From Pseudorhodobacter antarcticus (GTDB lineage: Bacteria; Pseudomonadota; Alphaproteobacteria; Rhodobacterales; Rhodobacteraceae): a stretch of DNA of 32,160 bases. Positions 7,857 through 17,127 of the stretch are shown here, piece after piece. Each line of letters starts with the position of its first letter. Position 1 is the first letter of the stretch. The translations under genes were made by a program, and so were the position numbers. Location of the stretch: contig CAMAWZ010000001.1 of NCBI GenBank assembly GCA_945861995.1, positions 1 to 32,160 on the forward strand, in the 5' to 3' direction. The notes below the pieces were generated by a model. The model was given only the letters and a program-made list of their open reading frames with translations, was not told the DNA's origin and did no database searches.

Positions 7857-8939
7857 ATGGCAACCGAGACAGCTATATTTGAGATCGACGGCGTGTCGAA
7901 AAGCTACGGGGGCGTGAACGCCCTTGATGGCGTCACTTTGCGCGCGGGCGTGAATGAATACATGTCGCTGCTGGGCCCGTCTGGGTCTGGCAAAACCACC
8001 CTGCTGCGCGTGATCGCAGGCTTTGAGGTTCCAGATTCTGGCCGCGTCTATTTCGAGGGGCGCGACATCACATCCCTGCCCGCGAATGAACGCGGCATTG
8101 GTTTTGTGTTTCAGAACTTCGCGCTTTTCCCGCATCTGACGGTTCGTAAAAATGTGGCCTTTGGCATGATGCACGGCAACACAAGGGTTTCGCCCTCCGA
8201 GATTGATGCGCGGACGCAGTCTGTGATCGATATGGTGGGCCTGACTGGCATGGAAGATCGCGGGGTCGAGCAAATCTCGGGGGGGCAACGCCAACGTGTC
8301 GCCTTGGCGCGAACATTGGTCATGCAACCGAAACTGGTGCTTCTGGACGAACCTTTGGGCGCATTGGACGCCAATTTGCGCGGCCGGATGCGCAACGAAC
8401 TACGCGCCATCCGCGAAAGAATGGGTGTTACCTTTCTGCACGTCACTGGGTCTGAAACCGAGGCGCTTGCGATGGGCGACAGCGTTGTGGTGCTGGACCG
8501 CGGGCGGATCATCCAAGCGGGCACGCCTGATGGCGTCTATTCAACCCCTGCAAGCCCAGCCGTTGCTCATTTCTTGAACCGTTTTAATATGTTCGACGGA
8601 AACCTGTCACAGGGCGTCTTCACGGGCCCCTTTGGTGCAGTGGCTGTAACCCATGCCACCCAAGCCAAAGATGACGTATATGCCATTCGCTATGACCGCG
8701 TGCAGGTGCAACCGCTTGGAGCAGTCACCAGCGGCCCTGCACTGAAAGCCACCTATATAGCCAGTGAATACCTTGGTTCCTCGGTGATGAATTACTTTGA
8801 AACAGCAGACGGCAAGCTGTGCGAAGTCGAGCATCATCTAAGCCTCGGCGCGCCCGAAACCTACGAACCCCGGCAACAGTATCTTCTGACATGGGCAGCA
8901 GATCAGGCCATCGTTTTCGGCAAGGAGGGCAAGCTATGA
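7857..8939 (+). CDS. ABC transporter ATP-binding protein, PotA-like (switch His replaced by Gly)
   Basis: Walker A GPSGSGKT, VFQNFALFPH, ISGGQRQRVALAR and Walker B LLDEPLGALD. The H-loop reads VTGSETEA. A C-terminal TOBE-like extension follows. Confidence 0.92.
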   Translation: MATETAIFEIDGVSKSYGGVNALDGVTLRAGVNEYMSLLGPSGSGKTTLLRVIAGFEVPDSGRVYFEGRDITSLPANERGIGFVFQNFALFPHLTVRKNVAFGMMHGNTRVSPSEIDARTQSVIDMVGLTGMEDRGVEQISGGQRQRVALARTLVMQPKLVLLDEPLGALDANLRGRMRNELRAIRERMGVTFLHVTGSETEALAMGDSVVVLDRGRIIQAGTPDGVYSTPASPAVAHFLNRFNMFDGNLSQGVFTGPFGAVAVTHATQAKDDVYAIRYDRVQVQPLGAVTSGPALKATYIASEYLGSSVMNYFETADGKLCEVEHHLSLGAPETYEPRQQYLLTWAADQAIVFGKEGKL

Positions 8940-9802
8940 CAGGCGCAATTGTAGAGGCAAAGCGCAAAGGAACGAACTGGCTGATTGTACCAGGGATCGT
9001 TTGGATGGCCCTGTTCATGGTCGTGCCGATCCTGATGATTTGCTATGTTTCATTCTGGACGCAGACGACGTTTAACATCTCGTCAACTCCAACATTGGCA
9101 AGCTGGAAGCAGTTTTTTTCGTCCGACACCTATATTGGCGCTTTGTGGACAACGATCCGCATCTGGCTGATCGTTCTGGCGACAACGTTTATCATCGGCT
9201 ACCCAACTGCCTTGTTTGTCGGGTTGTTTGTTAAATCCAAAACCCTCTCGACAGTGCTACTCGTCATCTGCGTTATCCCGTTTTGGACATCCTTTTTGAT
9301 CCGTGTTCTGGCATGGCGCCCAATGTTGGGCAAAGAGGGCGCGATCAACATCATTCTGATGAAGTTGAACATTATCTCGCAGCCGATTGAGGTTTTGTTG
9401 TTTACAGAACTGTCCGTGATCATTGGGATGACCCAGATTTACTGCGTGTTCATGGTTGGGCCCATCGCCTTTATGCTGGGCCGTATCGACCGCAACATCA
9501 TCGAGGCAGCGCGCGATCTTGGGGCAGGTTTTGGCCGCATTTTCTGGAAAATCATCTTCCCGCTTAGCCTTCCGGGTGTCGTTGTGGGCGCGATTTTTGT
9601 CAGCGTTATGGTTTTGGGCGAATTTGCGACCGCTGGCGCGCTTTCAGGGCGCAAAGTGAACCTTTTGGGCAACATCATCGTGACGCAAGTCGGTTCGCTT
9701 AAATGGGCGATGGCTTCGGTGACGGGGGTTATCTTGACTGTGGTGATGGGGATCGTGATTGCCGCCTTCCTACGGATCGTTGATCTAAAGCGGGAGCTAT
9801 AA
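8936..9802 (+). CDS. ABC transporter permease, PotB-like
   Basis: Multiple hydrophobic segments, IPFWTSFLIRVLAW and the EAA loop IIEAARDLGA. Start at ATG 8936 (AGGAGG RBS, ATGA overlap), not 8819. Confidence 0.92.
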   Translation: MTGAIVEAKRKGTNWLIVPGIVWMALFMVVPILMICYVSFWTQTTFNISSTPTLASWKQFFSSDTYIGALWTTIRIWLIVLATTFIIGYPTALFVGLFVKSKTLSTVLLVICVIPFWTSFLIRVLAWRPMLGKEGAINIILMKLNIISQPIEVLLFTELSVIIGMTQIYCVFMVGPIAFMLGRIDRNIIEAARDLGAGFGRIFWKIIFPLSLPGVVVGAIFVSVMVLGEFATAGALSGRKVNLLGNIIVTQVGSLKWAMASVTGVILTVVMGIVIAAFLRIVDLKREL

Positions 9803-9805
9803 GAG

Positions 9806-10663
9806 ATGGAATCGCGTACCCTAAAGCCAGTCCTTGCTGCTTATTTGGTGGCCTTCATCCTGTTCCTTTATGGCCCGTTCTTTGTGCTGGGGATCTTGTC
9901 GTTTCAGCAAGGCCCCGATGGCGGGCCGCAGTTTCCCATCATTGAATGGTCGACCTATTGGTATCGGCAAATCTTTGGCCTAACCCCGCCATCACGCATT
10001 GCCCCTTTGCCTGTCGGCGAGGCGTTGGTCCGTTCTTTGGTTCTTGCCTTCATGACCATGGTCACCTCGACTGTGTTGGGTGTCATGTCGGCGCAGGCCT
10101 TTCGGCGCAAGTTTCGCGGATCAACTTTCGTGTTTTATCTGATCGTGCTGGGTATGATGGTTCCGGGCGTGTTGACAGGTCTTGGCACATCTTTGTTGGC
10201 CAATAACGTCATCGGTATCAGCCGTCACTGGTACACCACCGCCTTTGCCACGCACGTTGCCTATACCTTCCCCTTTGCCTTTCTTGTGATGCTGGCAATC
10301 CTGAACCGCTTTGACGGATCGGTCGAAGAGGCGTCTTGGTCTCTGGGCGTGAACCCATGGACCACATTCCGCAAAGTGACCTTCCCGCTGATTTTCCCGG
10401 GTGTTTTGTCAGCGATGCTGTTTGCCTTCACCCTTAGCTTTGACGAATTTCCCCGCTCGCTGTTCGCGGCAGGTGGCACCGAAGATCAAACCTTGCCACT
10501 GGCCATTTACGGCACGTTTTCGGTCGAGATTCATCCCAATATCTTTGCCTTTGGGGTGCTGACCACGCTGTTCTCTTTTGCCCTTCTGTCGGTCTACGGG
10601 ATCTTGATGGCCCTATCAGTCCGCCGTGCACGCAAACTGGCGATGCAGGAGGATATTGCATGA
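9806..10663 (+). CDS. ABC transporter permease, PotC-like
   Basis: FLYGP, EAA loop VEEASWSLG, FAFTLSFDEF and TLPLAIY, with multiple transmembrane segments. Confidence 0.92.
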   Translation: MESRTLKPVLAAYLVAFILFLYGPFFVLGILSFQQGPDGGPQFPIIEWSTYWYRQIFGLTPPSRIAPLPVGEALVRSLVLAFMTMVTSTVLGVMSAQAFRRKFRGSTFVFYLIVLGMMVPGVLTGLGTSLLANNVIGISRHWYTTAFATHVAYTFPFAFLVMLAILNRFDGSVEEASWSLGVNPWTTFRKVTFPLIFPGVLSAMLFAFTLSFDEFPRSLFAAGGTEDQTLPLAIYGTFSVEIHPNIFAFGVLTTLFSFALLSVYGILMALSVRRARKLAMQEDIA

Positions 10664-11385
10664 CAGATACAGCTATTGTCACAGGCGCAGGGTCGGGCAT
10701 TGGTCAGGCCATCGCCGTTCGTTTGGCAGCAGACGGCTATAATGTTGTGGTCAATGACTTTCGCTTAGATGCAGCGGCAGCCACGGCCAACCAGATTGGC
10801 GCATCCGCCGTGGCTATTGGCGGCGATGTCTCGGATGAGGCAGATGTTGCGGCGATTGTTGACATTGCAAAGGCCAAATTCGGGCCCGTGACTCACTTAA
10901 TCAACTGCGCTGGCCATGTTCATCAAGGCCGATTCACTGATCTAACCGTGGCCGATTTTGACCGCATGATTGCAGTGCATTTGCGCGGCACCTTCCTGTG
11001 CGCCCATGCGGTGCTGGCAGACATGCTGGCGCGCGGTTCAGGGGTAATCGTGAATATTGCATCGCAATTGGGCCAAATTGGCGGGGTTGAACTGGTGCAT
11101 TACTCGGCTGCAAAGGCTGGTATCATTGGCATGACCAAGGCGCTGGCCCGCGAAGTGTCCGCCCAAGGCGTGCGCGTTAATGCAGTAGCCCCTGGCCCGA
11201 TCAACACCCCGCTTGTGCGCAGCCTGTCGCAGGATTGGCAACGCGCCAAAGCGGCGGAATTGCCTCTGGGCCGTTTTGGCGAACCCGAAGAAGTTGCCAA
11301 TACGGTTGCGTTTCTGTGCAGCCCGCAATCGGCTTTGTTCGTAGGCCAAACACTTGGCCCCAATTCAGGAGATGTGATGCTATGA
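10660..11385 (+). CDS. Short-chain dehydrogenase/reductase (FabG-like fold)
   Basis: TGAGSGIG, NCAG, YSAAK and VRVNAVAPG. ATGA overlap with the permease. Confidence 0.92.
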   Translation: MTDTAIVTGAGSGIGQAIAVRLAADGYNVVVNDFRLDAAAATANQIGASAVAIGGDVSDEADVAAIVDIAKAKFGPVTHLINCAGHVHQGRFTDLTVADFDRMIAVHLRGTFLCAHAVLADMLARGSGVIVNIASQLGQIGGVELVHYSAAKAGIIGMTKALAREVSAQGVRVNAVAPGPINTPLVRSLSQDWQRAKAAELPLGRFGEPEEVANTVAFLCSPQSALFVGQTLGPNSGDVML

Positions 11386-12137
11386 GCAAAGTCGTTCTGA
11401 TCACAGGCGCAGGCATTGGCATTGGCCGCGCCACAGCAAAGGCCTTTGCGACTGCGGGCTATCATGTTGTTGCAACCGATATTCTTGCAGCCGAAGGCGC
11501 ATCTGTTGTGGCCGAGATTACGGCAGAAGGCGGTTCGGCAGAATTTCATGTTCTGGACGTGCGCTCTACCGAGGCAGCCGATGCCGTAGTGGCGGCGATT
11601 GAGGCCAAGCACGGCGGCATTGATGTGATCGTGGCCAATGCGGGCATCGCCCATAAAGTACCCTTGGCCGAGATGACAGACGCCAAATGGGACCATACGT
11701 TTGACATCGACCTTAAAGGGATTTTTCGCGTCGTTCGCCCTGCCTTAGCAGGGATGAAGGCGCGTCAATCGGGGGCGATTGTGGCGCTATCGTCGATCAT
11801 GGGCGTTGCCTATGGCTGGGACGAACATGTGCATTATTCAGCGGCGAAATCTGGCGTGGTCGGCCTTGTGCGTGGCCTAGGCGTCGAATTGGCCCGCGAT
11901 GGGATCCGGGTGAACGGCATTGCGCCGGGCTATATCCGGACGGCGCAGCTTTTGTCGAAGGAACATTCCCTCGGGCCGGAAGCTGCGGACAAGGCTGGGG
12001 AATTTATCCCCATGGGACGTATCGGTCAACCCGAAGAGATTGCCGATGTCGCCCTGTTCCTGGCTTCTAACGCCGCCCGTTACATGACGGGTCAGGTGGT
12101 GGTGGTCGACGGTGGTTTGCTGGTGGGTCGATATTGA
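11382..12137 (+). CDS. Short-chain dehydrogenase/reductase (FabG-like fold)
   Basis: MSKVVLITGAGIGIG, ANAGI, YSAAK, IRVNGIAPG and TGQVVVVDGG. Start at ATG 11382 (ATGA overlap), not 11235. Confidence 0.92.
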   Translation: MSKVVLITGAGIGIGRATAKAFATAGYHVVATDILAAEGASVVAEITAEGGSAEFHVLDVRSTEAADAVVAAIEAKHGGIDVIVANAGIAHKVPLAEMTDAKWDHTFDIDLKGIFRVVRPALAGMKARQSGAIVALSSIMGVAYGWDEHVHYSAAKSGVVGLVRGLGVELARDGIRVNGIAPGYIRTAQLLSKEHSLGPEAADKAGEFIPMGRIGQPEEIADVALFLASNAARYMTGQVVVVDGGLLVGRY

Positions 12138-12182
12138 TCCCTCGGCAGTAAGAAACGAACAAATCAACACGGAGATATAGAG

Positions 12183-13403
12183 ATGAAACACAGTTCACTA
12201 TCTCGCCGCGGTTTCCTTAAAGGAACTGCTGGCACTGCGATTGCGGCGGGCGGCTTGCCGTTCCTTGGCGCGCAACAAGCCTTTGCTGCTGATCTTGCCT
12301 CGCAAGAGCTGCGCACCGTGGGTCTGTCGGTGACCGTGCAGGACCGCATTCTAGCCGAGTTCCAAGCGGCTTCTGGCGTTAAGTCCGTGTCGGGCAAAGC
12401 TGACATTTTCCCAAATACGCAGACTGAATTGCTGTCGGGTTCGGACGCATATGACTGCTGGGAAACCATTGGCGAGCGTCTGCCATCGATCACCGAAACC
12501 GGCCTTGTTTCGCCAATCGCCACCTCGGCGCTGACGAACTGGACAGGCGTGGGCGAAAGCTTCCTGAAGGCAGATCCAAAGTGGGATGCCAAGGCGCAGA
12601 TCGTCGGCCAAATCTACACCGACGAGACGATGACCGCGTTGAACATGGTTCCAACCGTGTATAACTTTGACTCGATCGGCTACCGCCCTGACCTCGTTTC
12701 GGCAGAAGAAGCGTCGATGTGGTCGTCGTTGTTCGACCCCAAGTTCAAGGGCAAAACAGGCCTGAACGTTGACCCGCTGATCGCATTTGGTCAGGCCGTG
12801 TTGGCGATGAACGAACTGGGTCTGCTGGAAGTTGCCAACCCAGGCAACCCAGATGCAGCAGCCATTGAAGAAGCTGCTAAGTTCCTGATCTCGAAGAAAA
12901 AAGAAGGCCAGTTCCGCGCGCTTTGGGGTGACTTCGGCGAGTTGGTGAACCTGATGGCTTCGGGCGAGATGATCCTTGCAGACGCATGGCAGCCTGCTGT
13001 TATGGCTGTTAAGGCGCAGGGCGTTCAGTGCTCTTATGCAACCATGAAGAGCGGCTATCGCGGTTGGGCAATCGGCGTTTCGGCGCTGAAATCCTCGCCA
13101 AACTTGGATGCAGTGACGGCCTATGCCGATTACTGGTTGTCGGGTGGCCCAGCGGTTGCTGTGTCCGAGCAGGGCTATTACTCGCCCAACGACAAGGTCA
13201 AAGCGATCATGTCGCCCGAAAAGTATGCCTTCTGGTACGAGGGTGCACCATGGGTTGGCGCGGAAGATCGCGGCATCAAAGAAGGCGATCTGCGCGACGG
13301 CGGTTCCTTGGCGACCCGTGCGGCGAACGTATCTTACTGGCACCAGTGGCCAGCAGAGTATGACCTGCTGATGAGCAAGTGGGACGAATTCCTGTCCGCC
13401 TAA
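12183..13403 (+). CDS. ABC transporter periplasmic solute-binding protein (PotD/PotF-like) with Tat signal
   Basis: SRRGFLK twin-arginine motif, Ala/Gly h-region and AFA cleavage site. WSSLFDPKFKGK block. Located among the ABC genes. Confidence 0.9.
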   Translation: MKHSSLSRRGFLKGTAGTAIAAGGLPFLGAQQAFAADLASQELRTVGLSVTVQDRILAEFQAASGVKSVSGKADIFPNTQTELLSGSDAYDCWETIGERLPSITETGLVSPIATSALTNWTGVGESFLKADPKWDAKAQIVGQIYTDETMTALNMVPTVYNFDSIGYRPDLVSAEEASMWSSLFDPKFKGKTGLNVDPLIAFGQAVLAMNELGLLEVANPGNPDAAAIEEAAKFLISKKKEGQFRALWGDFGELVNLMASGEMILADAWQPAVMAVKAQGVQCSYATMKSGYRGWAIGVSALKSSPNLDAVTAYADYWLSGGPAVAVSEQGYYSPNDKVKAIMSPEKYAFWYEGAPWVGAEDRGIKEGDLRDGGSLATRAANVSYWHQWPAEYDLLMSKWDEFLSA

Positions 13404-13416
13404 TCTAAAAACCTGT

Positions 13417-13440
13417 CGGTCGGGGTTTGGGCCCCGACCG
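13417..13440 (+). terminator. Intra-operon hairpin after the SBP gene
   Basis: CGGTCGGGG-N6-CCCCGACCG is a perfect 9-bp stem followed by TTCTTC. Confidence 0.6.
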
Positions 13441-13466
13441 TTCTTCAACATCAAGGATAATGCCAA

Positions 13467-14564
13467 GTGGCCCACGATCTACAGCTTTCCCATATCGGCA
13501 AGGTTTATGACAACGGTACGCCCGCTGTTATTGACTTCAATTTGGATGTGGAAAAAGGCGAGTTTATCGCGTTTCTCGGGCCATCGGGCTGTGGCAAGAC
13601 CACGACCCTGCGCATGATTGCGGGGTTTGAGTCGATTACATCAGGTGACCTCTTGATCCGTGGCAAACGGGTCAATGATATGCTGCCCGAAAAGCGGCCT
13701 ACTTCGATGATCTTTCAGAATTATGCGCTGTTCCCCCATATGGACGTGCGTCAAAATATTCGCTTTGGGCTTGATGTCAAAGGCATGGCCGCAGCCGAGG
13801 CTGACCGCAAAGTTGACCGCATCATCGACAAGCTGGGCCTGTCGGATGTTGTCGGAATGCGCCCGAGCCGTTTGTCAGGGGGCCAGCGCCAGCGCATCGC
13901 CCTTGCACGATCTTTGGTGGTTGAACCCGATATTTTGTTGTTGGATGAACCGCTTGGCGCCTTGGATGCCAATCTGCGCAAAAGCATCCAAAGCGAGTTA
14001 AAGCTGCTGCAACGCGAACTGGGCATTACCTTTGTTTTCGTCACTCATGCGCAATCCGAGGCGTTGGCCCTGTCGGATCGTATCGTCGTGATGAACGCGG
14101 GCCGTGTCGAACAAATCAGCCCCCCGCGAGAGTTGTACACAAGGCCAAAAAGCCTGTTTGTCGCCCGTTTCATTGGCGCAAACACCCTTATTCCAGGCAC
14201 AATTACGCAATTGAACGCAGGCGAAGTGGTTTTGCAAACCGCCTTTGGCCCCCTGATGGGTGAAAAGAACGATATGTTGGCCGTTGGTGATAACGCCTCA
14301 TTGGTGCTGCCAGCCGAGTCTGTCGATATTCTGCCCGCAGATATTTCCGAGGCCGCCCGCCAAGACTATGGGACAAATCTTATCCCATGCAAAGTTACGC
14401 GGGCGCAATTGATCGGCCACATCTTGCAGATGGCTATGGAACTGCCCAACGGCGATGTCATCGCGGTTGAAGGTCATGCCGATAAATATCGTGGACAGTT
14501 TGCAGCGGGTGCGCAGGCCTTTGTGGCTTGGCGTGCGGCGCGCTCGACTGTGATCAAGCATTAA
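13467..14564 (+). CDS. Second ABC transporter ATP-binding protein, PotA-like
   Basis: GPSGCGKT, IFQNYALFPH, LSGGQRQR, LLDEPLGALD and H-loop FVTHAQSEA. GTG start. Confidence 0.92.
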   Translation: MAHDLQLSHIGKVYDNGTPAVIDFNLDVEKGEFIAFLGPSGCGKTTTLRMIAGFESITSGDLLIRGKRVNDMLPEKRPTSMIFQNYALFPHMDVRQNIRFGLDVKGMAAAEADRKVDRIIDKLGLSDVVGMRPSRLSGGQRQRIALARSLVVEPDILLLDEPLGALDANLRKSIQSELKLLQRELGITFVFVTHAQSEALALSDRIVVMNAGRVEQISPPRELYTRPKSLFVARFIGANTLIPGTITQLNAGEVVLQTAFGPLMGEKNDMLAVGDNASLVLPAESVDILPADISEAARQDYGTNLIPCKVTRAQLIGHILQMAMELPNGDVIAVEGHADKYRGQFAAGAQAFVAWRAARSTVIKH

Positions 14565-14574
14565 GGGACGCTAG

Positions 14575-15924
14575 ATGCGCAAAACCAGTGCCAGCACCAT
14601 TTCGGCAGACCTGCGCAGCGGGCGGTTGGACCCGCTTGATCTGGTCGATCAAGTATTTGCCCGTATCGCCGAGGTGGGCGATCCAGCAATTTTCACTGAA
14701 ACTCTGCGGCTCCGCGCCGAGGCTGAGGCCCACGCCGCGCGGGCAAGACTGCGCGCAGGCAACCCTGCCAGCCTGCTGGACGGCTTGCCAGTGGCGTGGA
14801 AAGATCTGTTTGACTTTAAAGACCGCGTAACGACTGCAGGTTCGGCTGTTTTGGCCGAAAATGCACCAGCGGCGCAGGATGCAGCCCTTGTGGGTGCGGG
14901 CGCGCGGGCAGGACTGGTCAGTGTCGGCGCGCTGAATATGACAGAATTCGCCTATTCGGGTATCGGGTTAAATCCGCATTTTGGCACGCCCCGCAACCCC
15001 AATGGCAGCGGCCCCGCGCGGTCGCCGGGTGGCTCGTCTTCGGCCAGCGGTGTCGTTGTCGCCGCAGATATCGTGCCAATCGCCTTTGGCACGGATACGG
15101 GCGGCTCTATCCGCATTCCTGCCGCCTTTAACGGCGTTGTGGGCTATAAAACCTCAACAGGTCATTATCCGATGGCGGGGGTTTTTCCGTTGTCGCCCAC
15201 GCTGGATACGCTGGGCCCCTTGGCCCACAGCGTCGAGGATTGCGTTTTGGCCGACACTGTCTTGCGCGGCCTACAAGCGCCAGAGGTTCACGCAGCCCCT
15301 GTGGCCGCACTGGATTTTGTTATTCCTGATGCAGTGATGTTTGATACGCTGTCACCTGCGGTAAGCATGAATTTTGATGCGTCGGTGGCGCGGCTAGAAC
15401 AGGCTGGCGCACGGGTGCGGCGTATCGTCCTGCCCGAATTGACCGAGACGCTAGAGCTTATCACCCATCGCGCCGTTTTGGTCGCAGTCGAGGCGCTAGA
15501 TTTTCATTGGGACCGCCTGCACGGCCCCGATGTTGCGCGGATCGATCCCCGCGTCGTGCGCCGCATTATGAATGCTGCCAAAACCACCGCCGTGGATTAT
15601 GCGATCTTGCTGCGCGAGCGCAAACGCCTGATTGCAGCCGTAAATGCCCGCATTGGCACAGCATTGCTGATCTGCCCAACAACGCCATCTGTGGCTATGC
15701 CGATTGCCGCCCTAGAGGCGGATCAAGAGGTGTTTTTTCACCATAACGGCCTAACGCTGCGCAACACCTCACTTGGCAACTTCTTGGATTGGTGCGGCCT
15801 GTCTATTCCGAACGGGTTTGACGGCGACATGATGCCGACTGGTTTTATGATCTCGGCCCCGCATGGGCAGGATCGGGCCATGCTGGCCGCTGGACTTGCC
15901 GTTGAAGACATAATCAGAGGATAA
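14575..15924 (+). CDS. Amidase signature family protein
   Basis: LDGLPVAWKDLFD (catalytic Lys), NPHFGTPRNP, PGGSSSAS and GTDTGGSIRIPAAFNG (Ser-cisSer-Lys triad motifs). Confidence 0.92.
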   Translation: MRKTSASTISADLRSGRLDPLDLVDQVFARIAEVGDPAIFTETLRLRAEAEAHAARARLRAGNPASLLDGLPVAWKDLFDFKDRVTTAGSAVLAENAPAAQDAALVGAGARAGLVSVGALNMTEFAYSGIGLNPHFGTPRNPNGSGPARSPGGSSSASGVVVAADIVPIAFGTDTGGSIRIPAAFNGVVGYKTSTGHYPMAGVFPLSPTLDTLGPLAHSVEDCVLADTVLRGLQAPEVHAAPVAALDFVIPDAVMFDTLSPAVSMNFDASVARLEQAGARVRRIVLPELTETLELITHRAVLVAVEALDFHWDRLHGPDVARIDPRVVRRIMNAAKTTAVDYAILLRERKRLIAAVNARIGTALLICPTTPSVAMPIAALEADQEVFFHHNGLTLRNTSLGNFLDWCGLSIPNGFDGDMMPTGFMISAPHGQDRAMLAAGLAVEDIIRG

Positions 15925-17106
15925 ATGATGACCGAAGCCTTTCCCACGCTGTTTTCAGCGATAACCCTTGGTCCGTTGACCCTGCGCAACCGCATCGCGC
16001 TGGCCCCGCTGACCCGCCAGATGGCAGAGGCCGACGGAACCCCAAACGATGAGATGGCGGCCTATTATGCCCGCCGCGCGCGGGGGGGATTGGGGCTGAT
16101 CATCACCGAAGGCACTTACGAGCAAGACGCTTTTCAATCACGGGCCTATCTGTCGCAACCAGGCATCGCCAATGCCAGCCACCAAGCTGGCTGGGCCAAG
16201 GTTTTCGACGCAGTGCATCAGCATGATTGCAAGATCATCGTGCAACTGATGCACGGCGGCCGCGTCAGTGACCCACGGGTTTTGAACGGAGAGCCGCCCG
16301 TGAGCGCCTCGGCCACTCAAAGCGGCGGCTGGTCGCTATATACGGACAGCGACGATGAAAAACACATCCGCGGTATCGACGGGCCTTGGGAAAAAGTCAC
16401 CTTTGGCCCAGCGCGCGCCCTCAGCGTTGCGGAAATTCATCAGGTGGCCGACGGCTTTGCCGCTGGCGCAAAGCGCGCTGTTGATGCGGGCGCCGATGGG
16501 GTAGAGGTACACGGCGCAAATGGCTATTTGTTGTGGCAATTCATCAACCCCAAGACCAATCTGCGCACGGATGAATTCGGCGGATCACCAGAAAACAACA
16601 TCCGTTTTGCAAAACTGGTGGGCGATAAGGTGCGCGCCGCCATTGGCCCAGATAAACTGCTTGTCCTGCGTCTGTCGCAAGATGGCGTTGATGATTTCGT
16701 TGGGTCTTGGCCTGGCACGGATTATGCGCGCGCAATTGGCGCTGCCCTGAAGGGGTCGGCCTATGACGCGCTGCATTGGGCCAGTTTCAACTATCTGGAC
16801 AATCGTCAGGGAGATGACACCACGCCGATGCCCACAGTGCTGCGGCAAGCGTCTGGCCTGCCCATGATCACCAACGGCGGCATTGCCGACGGGGCGCAGT
16901 CTGAGGCGGCTTTGAATACGGGGGCCGCCGATATGGTTGCCATTGGCCGACCAATTTTTGCCCAGCCCGACTGGCCCTATATCGTTCGATCTGGCGCGCC
17001 CTATGAGTGGGCAGATTTTGATCGCAAATATGTCATCCGCCCCGCGATTGATTACAGCATCGCCTATCCATTGGCGCTGACTGACCCAAATTGGCCCACC
17101 ATTTGA
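15925..17106 (+). CDS. NADH:flavin oxidoreductase / Old Yellow Enzyme family ene-reductase
   Basis: LRNRIALAPLTR, GLIITEGT, QLMHGGR, DGVEVHGANGYL (His/Asn/Tyr active-site pattern), NLRTDEFGGS and ADMVAIGR. Confidence 0.92.
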   Translation: MMTEAFPTLFSAITLGPLTLRNRIALAPLTRQMAEADGTPNDEMAAYYARRARGGLGLIITEGTYEQDAFQSRAYLSQPGIANASHQAGWAKVFDAVHQHDCKIIVQLMHGGRVSDPRVLNGEPPVSASATQSGGWSLYTDSDDEKHIRGIDGPWEKVTFGPARALSVAEIHQVADGFAAGAKRAVDAGADGVEVHGANGYLLWQFINPKTNLRTDEFGGSPENNIRFAKLVGDKVRAAIGPDKLLVLRLSQDGVDDFVGSWPGTDYARAIGAALKGSAYDALHWASFNYLDNRQGDDTTPMPTVLRQASGLPMITNGGIADGAQSEAALNTGAADMVAIGRPIFAQPDWPYIVRSGAPYEWADFDRKYVIRPAIDYSIAYPLALTDPNWPTI

Positions 17107-17127
17107 ACACCTTAGGAGGAAACACAC

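Noticed and set aside
12351-13475. Long antisense ORF (374 aa) and similar ones (2361-3146, 3416-4264, 16585-17385, 25582-26460, 28511-29266, 31171-31950)
   Set aside because: They lie wholly opposite well-supported genes, have no motifs and are typical shadow ORFs from codon bias in GC-rich DNA.
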